Below the pieces are notes generated by a model that had not been told where the DNA came from, did not search any database, and saw only the letters and a program-made list of their open reading frames with translations. From a virus (lineage: Duplodnaviria > Caudoviricetes), in IMG/VR virus record IMGVR_UViG_3300009498_000011, positions 1 to 43,982 of that record: 43,982 bases of DNA; one strand, written 5' to 3'. A program made the position numbers and the translations under genes. Shown in pieces: positions 37,501 to 43,982 of the stretch; position 1 is the first letter of the stretch, and every line of letters begins with the position of its first letter.

Positions 37501-40500
37501 AGGCAACCATAAGAAAGTTTCTAAAGGTTTTTGGTATAGACGGACTTTTAGGCAAAGAGCCAACAGCTTCTGAGTTTGAAGCGTTTCTCAACGGTTTTAA
37601 AGAATCCGCACAATCTGGCGTTGAGTTCCAGAGAGAGGCTGTTTCTAAAGAAGCTAGGGGTTTAAATGCCGATTCAAATCAAGATTCACTGTCTGAAGAC
37701 CTCGGAATGAACAGAGGGGGATTTAAGTCAACGGCTTACCCAGACCTGATTCGAAAGAAGGTAAGGTACTCAAAAACATTATTCAATAAGATTGGAGGAA
37801 CTTTTCAGGTTGATGAAGAAGTGTTCGTCAATGATTATTGGCACTTTAGAAACTGGTGGGTCAGAGAAACTGGAAATGGCAAGCGAGCCGACATGCTCAG
37901 TGGCTTTAATTATGATGGGGAAAATGGACAGCGAAAAAAGGTAAACGCTCCTAAACCTAAAATAGATAAAAATACAGGGAAGCCTGTCGACATGGCACCT
38001 AGGGTGAAAACATCTTCTGAAATGAAGATTGCCGCTAATCAAAGATCTTTATCCAGAGGGGATAGAGCGAGGAATAGAGACAAAGTTGTAGATTCTTTAG
38101 TGCTTAGGATGAAGGAGATTGTTGGGGTAAGTACCCCATCAAATAGAGAAGCTAAGTCTGAGTTTTTTATTGATGAAGCTGGAATAGATACACAGGCTAA
38201 GTCCGAACTTCCTGTAGTGTTTAGTGACACCATTTTTGTAGAGGGGTTAAAAAACTTTGAGTTTGACAGTGAGTACGACGCGGCTGTTCGTAGCACTATG
38301 GATGATTTCGCTTTCTTAGCGCCCAAGAATCAAGCAGGTGAGTTCGCATACAGCATTCGAAACAATGGTGACGGAACAGTTACTATAGAGGCTCATTCAA
38401 GCGTTAAACCAAAGGTAGACTTGGATAGCACTCAAGAAGGAACGTCTCTGGATGGTTCCGTAGACCTTTCTTCTGATGACCTTGTTGGCAAGAACCCTGA
38501 ACCACTGTTTAATGTTTTGCAAAGAGTCATAGGAAGGCCATTGGAAAAACTAAAACTTTCTGATTATAACGGGACAAAATTAGTTCTTGTTTTTTACGAC
38601 CCAACAACAGGTGATAGATCTGGAGTAGGGGCTGACTTCGAGAAAGGTTTGCTTTTCAGTCAGTATGATGAAAAATCTGCTTACGAAACAGTTCAAAGCA
38701 TTGAGAACGCTTCTATAAAAGATCTTGAAGAAAGGTTAAAAAAAGCTTCTACTTTCGGGAAAAGCTCTGTTGAGTATCAGAAAGCAATTGAAGCAATAGA
38801 AGAAGTAGACGAAGACGGAAATGTTTTTTATAGAGGTAAAATTTTACTTGCTACTGGGTTCATGAGAAGCTCTTCAGCTTATGGAAACACAGACGCTATT
38901 AATGAAATAATAGAGCTATACAAAAACTACTACGAATCTTTGTCTGAAAAAATAGGAAAAGAAGCAGCAGAAAAAATCCTTGTAGATTCTTTTAGAGAGT
39001 TTGTGGCAAAATTAGACGAAAGTCAAAAAAACTTCTTTTTTGATATTGCTAAAGAGTCTGGCCTTATGTCCGACTCAAAGAATTTTAATTTAGTTAGGGT
39101 TTCTCAAAACAATCCGAGATCACTTCCTGTTCCAGTTACCTCAGAAGGTGTGTTTAAGCTTCTTGAGTCAACAAGAGACTCAAAGTCTGCTGCTTTTAGA
39201 AGAAGATCAGAGTTATTTAAGCTACTTCTTACAAACACAAAAAGAGGTCTTTCTAATTTGCTTGCGAGCAGAAACTCTGATGTAGATGCCCCAAGGGGAG
39301 AGAATTTGTTTTCTTTAATGGAAGAAAAAGGAATTATGCCAGAGCAAAGCGCCGCCCAAGCATTGAGTCAGACAGTTCCTTACTACAAAATATTTAACTA
39401 CAAGCTTAAGCGGCAAAAAGACACACGAGGAAGGGAAATATTTACATTAGAAAACGTAGAGGTTATTCAACAAGAAACAAAAGAGACGGAGCTTGGTCTG
39501 TCGTTTGGATTCGGCATAAAACCGACAGAATCAAGCGACCTAATGGGTGAGTTTGCTTCTGAAGAAAGGCTGGAATTTGCAGATCTTTTAAGTGATTATA
39601 TAGTTTTAGGTGGGGAAGCAAGAAGAAAGGTTACTAAAGAAACTGGAGAGAAAACAATTAAAGGTGTTAGCAAAGCTATTGATCTTGAAATTGAAAAAGC
39701 CGAAAAAGCTATTAATCAATGGGACGCAACTGAAAACACCCCAGAAGCTCAAAAGATTATTAATGAAGTAAAGGAATTAAATGCATTAATTTTAAATAAA
39801 GAGCCTTCCCCTGATCTAAAAAAGCAATTAGAGAAAAAAATTAAAAGACTCACCAACCCAAAATCCAAAACAGAGGCCGTGAGAAAAGCGGCTGAAAGGG
39901 TTTCCTTGAGCGAGAAATTAAGCGAAGCAAAGAAAAAAAAGACAAGCTTTCAGCAATCAGTAAAAGGTGAACAAAACAGCGCCACTGTAGGTAGCGTCGC
40001 TATTGACACAGACAATAGCACTAGGGATGGCGAAGCACATTCAGTGGACTTAGTGCCAGATCCATCTACTAACCTTCCATTTGAACCCAATAACTTAAGT
40101 AGCTTTGAAGCTTTTGTGGCTCGTGTAGATCAATTATTCGCAAATAAGTACGCAAACGTAATGCGCTTGCAGAAAGTTATTGAAAAAGCTAAAGGCAAGG
40201 TGGTTGACCTAAGCAAAGACTTTATCAATGCTGAGGCTCTTTTGTACGGTAAGACAGCCAACGATCTTGAAAAACTGGACGGTAAGGTGAAAGACATCTC
40301 TCTAGAGATGAAGGACAAAGGTCTTAGCTCCGAGGATGTATCAGAATATCTTATAGCGAGACACGCGAAAGAACGTAATGCTGTCATCGCCGAGCGTACA
40401 GAGGGTAAAGACGAGGCTGGTAGTGGTATGACCAACGAGAGGGCTGACGAGATCATGAACAGCCTTTCGCCCGAAAAGAAAGCTGCTCTTGAGTCAGTAG

Positions 40501-42710
40501 CCGCCAAGGTTGATGCCATCACAGCAGACACTAGAAAGACTATGGTAGACTTCGGTCTCGAAGAGAAGTCTACAATCGACGCCTTTGAGGCTATGTTCCA
40601 AAACTATGTACCTCTTGGGGGTTTGGCTTTGGATGAACAAAACGCAGACACCTCACTTTACCCAACAGGCGGAGCAGGCATGAGCGTGTACGGAGATACA
40701 ACGAAGCGGGCTAGAGGTCGTAAGAGCGAAGCACAGAACGTATTAGCACAAGCCATTGCACAGAACGCAGCTGTACACGCCAAAGCACGTAAGAACGAAG
40801 CACTATCATCACTTTATAATCTCGTAAAAGACAACCCTAACCCTAAGGTATGGAGGCTCGCTAAGGAGGTTCCGTTCGATGCGCAGAGCGCTGTGGGCGT
40901 AAGAGTAAATGGTGAGCAACAGTTCATTGTGTTTGCCAACCCAGACATGGCTAAGTCGTTGAAGAACATGGGTGTTGAGAAGCTCGACCTTTTCAGTAAG
41001 GCTATGCGTAGGTTCTCTGGATTCCTAAGACGCTCATTTACAACGGCTAACCCTGAATTCATAATCTCCAACTTTGCGAGGGACATCCAGTCAGCGTTGT
41101 TTAATGCTATGGCGGAGGCAGACATTCCAGGTGGGCAGATCCCAGGGCGTCATATCGCGGCTAAGGTAATGACCCGCGTGAAGCAAACCTTGCCAGCCCT
41201 TCTTAAAAACGCAGTAGGCAAAGACCTCTCTCCAGAGATGGCAGCGTACTTTGAAGAATTCAAAGAAGATGGAGGTCAGACGGGATGGGGTTTTGTAAAA
41301 GACGTAGGCACAATTGCAGCTGAAATCGAAGCTGAAATCAACGAGAAGAGCAAAGCGAAGAGAGCCGCCGAGTGGATGGCGAAGAACAGCATAGACGTTA
41401 TAGAGAATATAAATGATGCTTTCGAGAATTCTGTTCGTCTTGCAGCATATATCGAAGCTCGAAAAGCGGGAGTAAGCAGAGAGAAAGCAGCAGAGCTTTC
41501 TAAAAATATTACTGTAAACTTCAACAGATCGGGTGAGCTTGGCCCAATGGCGAACGCATGGTACATGTTCTTCAATGCGTCTGTGCAGGGTACCGTAAGA
41601 CTTGCTCGATCACTGGGGACACTGAAAGACATCCGAAAACCTAACGGAGAACTTGAGTCCTGGCATAAGCGCCTTAACGGAGCCCAGAAGATGGCCTTTG
41701 GGCTGTCCTTGACTACTGGCATGCTTACAATGATTAACATGGCTATGAGTGAGGATGATGAGGATGGAGTTTCTTTTTATGAAAAAATTCCAGACTACGA
41801 AAAAGAGCGCAACTTAATCATCATGTATGATGGGAAAAATTATCTTAAGATACCTCTTCCATACGGCTTTAATGTGTTTGCAAACATAGGCAGCTCTATG
41901 GCTGAGGCCGCGAACGGACAAAGGGAACCGTTAGACGCGGGCATGTTCTTGTTGAACTCTGCGTTTAGCTCGTTCTCACCAATCAGCTTTGGGCAGTCAA
42001 AAGATGCGGCAAAGTACTTAGCTAAAGGTGCGGCACCAACTATACTTAAGCCATTCGTTGATATCGCTGTAAACGAAACCTATTTTGGCAGCTCTGTGTA
42101 TAGGGAGCAGTTTCCAGTAGGGGCGCCTAAACCGCAAGCCGAGATGTCGTACCGATCACCTGAAGGGATAAAGAGTTTCTTTAAGTGGATTAACGAAGCC
42201 ACAGGCGGAAGTGAACAGGTTCCAGGGGCTGTTGATTTCAACCCAGACAAGTTTTGGTACGCGTTTGAATATTATATTGGGGGTGCTGGTCAGTTCGTCA
42301 CTCGATCACTCGGAACAGGCAAGGACTTGTTTGAAACCATCAAGGAGGGGAAGAAAGTGCCTATGAAGGCGAACGACTTCCCATTCATAAGAAAGTTGTA
42401 TGGCGAGGCGTCAAAGTACTATGACTCAGACAAATACACTGAGAACGCTAATCTAGTTTCTCAGCTGTATAAAGAAAGGAAAGAAGCGGAAGACAAAAAC
42501 GACAAGCGGTATAAAGGGGTGATGAAGTTAGAGTCCGCTCGCAAACTAACAGAAAAAAAGATCAAGAGACTTCGTAAGCTTCGAAAAGAAGCGAGAGATA
42601 TAGAGAACTACGTAGAAAGACAGAACAGAATTTATGAGCTATACGAAAAAGAACGGAGCCTCTTGATGCAGTTTAACAAGCAATACGAACAAATCCGTGG
42701 AGAAAATTAA
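34560..42710 (+). CDS. Giant cargo/polyvalent protein (2716 aa) with zincin-like HExxH and LPD38-like C-terminal region
   Basis: RGVF...IHFN...PIHEFLH...LEEQV; NYVPL, NPEF..SNFARD, ENSVRLAAY, ITVNFNRSG, FFNASVQG, IPDYEKERN..KIPLPYG. Confidence 0.75.
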   Translation: MANGENNPTAEQPQENSSWTNLQSLNAGVNRLYNAPLSYTPLMMLDDDERPSLDFYDAEIEKIVSNEQYNKVRDEGSRRAMEMLIRQSGADSKAFFEQYENPTALEAIKYSNFDGYNDKEARYKKDISSADGYREIMKGVDEEYMSRYISSYLSPEVATGINELIPDYIKDNKERQADFEEAFRQQWGVGLDFNDSGRVSDVKADTWIGDFANWIGRDLLNDVPILIADGVAKLSNTVYDLFSEGGLEEADKEFRAKVDSGEVPTLESYQAKKQTGEIGFLEDFFSNPYGNAAFYSTEAREMYLQSSLAPRRDIDFQKFMDRDDSEFGDVWSLGVGELIKSAPLLLDIYSGMGASKAILKKAGQRAIAKKVGQRTIKVGNKGKTATQYFDPANPMRTLKKDYAKEILEKGTQVHRLLEMTSGTILSSTLVAGQLHADLVGEEWYDNLSSSERAWYLANQSGAEVLSGIMLGNVMQGKSLLGRLGQSKVTQNIVKNQRSAIMEWGKQAAKNVVFGMTEEALSEAGTAAWQYVNEVNTRINSGDRTAYYSNDELWKRTKAGFIAGAVMGIPGGAVGGVVGPGGEAYMASWAKRKIEANKKMAEAIDRLNKAKTKSEKKSALQALEQEIQNNSAVSGSIARAYHRMKKANPEAFNSVVEMQGRINVLVEKYKEAKTPEQKDSIRNQIKALIREKQTIENAAFEGDTTFDDVVKEEVKNTTSKRRKKVADAKQAMESDPDVLADRAIRQEEDTQRASLEAAEKANSPEQNTDDDAQDREGETQEDSDAINESLEDDSLEGDGDNQFSNTIEEGTASAAVASKYRDIVGTVNNLMKAFKKFGIKVVMHKTSDSYRKATGGDSRGVFRDNDARTIHFNLEKMSQPTKPEEEDIFGEYNTPIHEFLHLALVTADLATLKEFEVELMALARQVGMGKKAKEIFEAVERTYKEKYKGKGSSRKMLEEQVVTTIERLLAILPESRKEGFLKATIRKFLKVFGIDGLLGKEPTASEFEAFLNGFKESAQSGVEFQREAVSKEARGLNADSNQDSLSEDLGMNRGGFKSTAYPDLIRKKVRYSKTLFNKIGGTFQVDEEVFVNDYWHFRNWWVRETGNGKRADMLSGFNYDGENGQRKKVNAPKPKIDKNTGKPVDMAPRVKTSSEMKIAANQRSLSRGDRARNRDKVVDSLVLRMKEIVGVSTPSNREAKSEFFIDEAGIDTQAKSELPVVFSDTIFVEGLKNFEFDSEYDAAVRSTMDDFAFLAPKNQAGEFAYSIRNNGDGTVTIEAHSSVKPKVDLDSTQEGTSLDGSVDLSSDDLVGKNPEPLFNVLQRVIGRPLEKLKLSDYNGTKLVLVFYDPTTGDRSGVGADFEKGLLFSQYDEKSAYETVQSIENASIKDLEERLKKASTFGKSSVEYQKAIEAIEEVDEDGNVFYRGKILLATGFMRSSSAYGNTDAINEIIELYKNYYESLSEKIGKEAAEKILVDSFREFVAKLDESQKNFFFDIAKESGLMSDSKNFNLVRVSQNNPRSLPVPVTSEGVFKLLESTRDSKSAAFRRRSELFKLLLTNTKRGLSNLLASRNSDVDAPRGENLFSLMEEKGIMPEQSAAQALSQTVPYYKIFNYKLKRQKDTRGREIFTLENVEVIQQETKETELGLSFGFGIKPTESSDLMGEFASEERLEFADLLSDYIVLGGEARRKVTKETGEKTIKGVSKAIDLEIEKAEKAINQWDATENTPEAQKIINEVKELNALILNKEPSPDLKKQLEKKIKRLTNPKSKTEAVRKAAERVSLSEKLSEAKKKKTSFQQSVKGEQNSATVGSVAIDTDNSTRDGEAHSVDLVPDPSTNLPFEPNNLSSFEAFVARVDQLFANKYANVMRLQKVIEKAKGKVVDLSKDFINAEALLYGKTANDLEKLDGKVKDISLEMKDKGLSSEDVSEYLIARHAKERNAVIAERTEGKDEAGSGMTNERADEIMNSLSPEKKAALESVAAKVDAITADTRKTMVDFGLEEKSTIDAFEAMFQNYVPLGGLALDEQNADTSLYPTGGAGMSVYGDTTKRARGRKSEAQNVLAQAIAQNAAVHAKARKNEALSSLYNLVKDNPNPKVWRLAKEVPFDAQSAVGVRVNGEQQFIVFANPDMAKSLKNMGVEKLDLFSKAMRRFSGFLRRSFTTANPEFIISNFARDIQSALFNAMAEADIPGGQIPGRHIAAKVMTRVKQTLPALLKNAVGKDLSPEMAAYFEEFKEDGGQTGWGFVKDVGTIAAEIEAEINEKSKAKRAAEWMAKNSIDVIENINDAFENSVRLAAYIEARKAGVSREKAAELSKNITVNFNRSGELGPMANAWYMFFNASVQGTVRLARSLGTLKDIRKPNGELESWHKRLNGAQKMAFGLSLTTGMLTMINMAMSEDDEDGVSFYEKIPDYEKERNLIIMYDGKNYLKIPLPYGFNVFANIGSSMAEAANGQREPLDAGMFLLNSAFSSFSPISFGQSKDAAKYLAKGAAPTILKPFVDIAVNETYFGSSVYREQFPVGAPKPQAEMSYRSPEGIKSFFKWINEATGGSEQVPGAVDFNPDKFWYAFEYYIGGAGQFVTRSLGTGKDLFETIKEGKKVPMKANDFPFIRKLYGEASKYYDSDKYTENANLVSQLYKERKEAEDKNDKRYKGVMKLESARKLTEKKIKRLRKLRKEARDIENYVERQNRIYELYEKERSLLMQFNKQYEQIRGEN

Positions 42711-43125
42711 AGACACAAAGCTAGGGGATTGGCTCAAAGAAAAAGCTCCAGGCATACTAGACACCGTTGGTGACTTGCTTCCAAATCAAGGGGGCCTAGG
42801 CATAGTAAAGAATTTGCTAGACAGAGACCCTGACGTATCTCCAGAGGAAGCTAAGGCAATCGTTGATGCAGAGATCGCTTATCAAAGCAATGTTACAGAG
42901 CGATGGAAGGCAGATATGGCGAGTGACGTAAAACTAGCTAAGGTTATAAGACCTTCAATGTTAATTGCTTTAGTTGTTGTTTTTATTGTCGTTATGTTTT
43001 TAGACAGCTTTGATAATCAACCATTTAACGTTAAAGATAGTTACGTATCTTTGCTAGAAGTATTAATGTTAACTGTATTCGGGGCCTACTTTGCTGGAAG
43101 GACCGTAGAAAAAACCATGAGGTGA
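42697..43125 (+). CDS. Holin (GTA 3TM holin-like)
   Basis: RWKADMASD..LAK.IRP followed by two hydrophobic helices and YFAGRT.EK; GTG start. Confidence 0.75.
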   Translation: MEKIKDTKLGDWLKEKAPGILDTVGDLLPNQGGLGIVKNLLDRDPDVSPEEAKAIVDAEIAYQSNVTERWKADMASDVKLAKVIRPSMLIALVVVFIVVMFLDSFDNQPFNVKDSYVSLLEVLMLTVFGAYFAGRTVEKTMR

Positions 43126-43334
43126 TGGTGGAAAATGTAAGCCACATTGAGTTTATAGGCGTGGCAATGGCACTTATAGGGGGGTGGATAAAATTTCAGG
43201 CTGAATACAATAAACTTTCTGCTAGGGTAAAATCTTTGGAGCTGGAGAACGGTGAGTTTAAGGCTGACGTAAGGCAGATGATGAAAGACATCCAGGAGAT
43301 TAAACTGTTGCTTGCGAAGAACCAAGTACAATAA
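43125..43334 (+). CDS. Small membrane-anchored coiled-coil protein (holin/lysis accessory candidate)
   Basis: One hydrophobic segment FIGVAMALIGGWI then RVKSLE...IQEIK heptads. Confidence 0.62.
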   Translation: MVENVSHIEFIGVAMALIGGWIKFQAEYNKLSARVKSLELENGEFKADVRQMMKDIQEIKLLLAKNQVQ

Positions 43335-43339
43335 AAAAT

Positions 43340-43982
43340 ATGCAAATATGGATAGTAACAATTGCCCTATTGCTATCATCTTGGGGACTGCCCAGTATGC
43401 AACAGATAGTTGTGTAGTATTTGAGGTAGACGTACCCGCTGTAAAAATGATGGGCTATATGCCCACCAACCCAGAGTGGACGGAGATAAACTACGTCATT
43501 CACATCCATCACACTGACAGCTTTCCAGATAGTTACCTTTCTGAAACGGTGATATACGATGCTCATGATCACCTAAACCAAGAGCTAGAAGAGGCTATGT
43601 TTAGCTTTAATCTTATGGATGTTGAGTATCATGACTTTGATGAATTTGAGTTGGCCCCACTGCTGGTGCAGGAGTATCTAACGTGCATCCCATACAGCTA
43701 TATGGGATGGGCAAACATGAACCAATATGTAGAGGATTTAGTGTGGGATCGTGAGATCGTCATGAATGTGCATGTGTTTCCTCAATTCTGTGCAGGGATC
43801 CTGGGGTTTGCTTGGACAGCATACTCAGAGAACACACCCATGGAGGGTGTTTGGGTAAGAACAGATGTATTCGGAAGGGTAGGCGATCACTTAACATACC
43901 CAAGGAACGAGAATAAAACTCTGATACATGAGGTAGGCCATTACCTGGGGTTGCATCATGTGTTTAGAAATGTGGAGTATTG
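43340..43982 (+). CDS. M43 (pappalysin/ulilysin-like) Zn metalloprotease, truncated by the window end, with an apparent 1-nt frameshift near 43380
   Basis: The frame containing codon 43381 is open to the end: YVIHIHH, MNVHV, GILGFAW, GVWV, KTLIHEVGHYLGLHHVF (HExxHxxGxxH at 43927-43959). Not in the ORF track. Confidence 0.78.

Larger units (their letters stand above)
1..43982 (+). mobile_element. Segment of a crAss-like tailed phage genome (packaging, head, tail, cargo and lysis modules), probable Bacteroidota host
   Basis: Dense co-oriented genes with overlapping stop/start (TAATG, ATGA). TerL-portal-MCP-ring-muzzle-cargo order resembles Crassvirales. No host housekeeping genes or integrase seen. 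Confidence 0.9.

Noticed and set aside
227-43572. The many minus-strand and alternate-frame ORFs in the track (e.g. 2515..2970, 3426..4001, 19527..20072, 21795..22382)
   Set aside because: They are shadows of well-supported plus-strand genes, with no motifs or promoter context. Only 1174..1593 occupies its own space.
1-43982. Stop-codon reassignment as in some gut crAss-like phages
   Set aside because: The standard code gives long, tightly packed ORFs. TAG ends terL and TGA ends several genes; no suppressor tRNA is present.

Overview
The whole window is the virion-morphogenesis and lysis arm of a tailed dsDNA phage with crAss-like (Crassvirales-type podovirus) architecture, almost entirely on the + strand and in the standard genetic code. 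The host is most likely a Bacteroidota/Flavobacteriia member: intergenic TAnnTTTG (-7) promoter boxes recur, starts are A-rich, and Shine-Dalgarno motifs are not evident. Gene order: M15 endolysin, a lone minus-strand winged-helix protein, tandem GroES, candidate TerS, tRNA-Arg(TCT), TerL, portal, tail-fibre cluster, small basic proteins, scaffold-like protein, major capsid protein, decoration proteins, two tail ring proteins, a muzzle/stabilisation protein split into two genes, three cargo/ejection proteins (one with a CHAP-like amidase, one 2716-aa with HExxH and LPD38-like regions), holins, and a truncated M43-like metalloprotease. Most notable observations: (1) the muzzle is split and its first part ends in a Gly tether plus a dockerin-like motif; (2) several genes have the -7 box exactly 4 nt before the ATG, suggesting leaderless mRNA; (3) a face-to-face promoter pair/palindrome sits next to the winged-helix gene; (4) GroES is a tandem fusion; (5) CCGG appears absent; (6) no virion RNA polymerase motif is visible in the cargo block; (7) the protease's signal peptide is out of frame. 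Family assignments come from motif recognition by eye, not from database searches.
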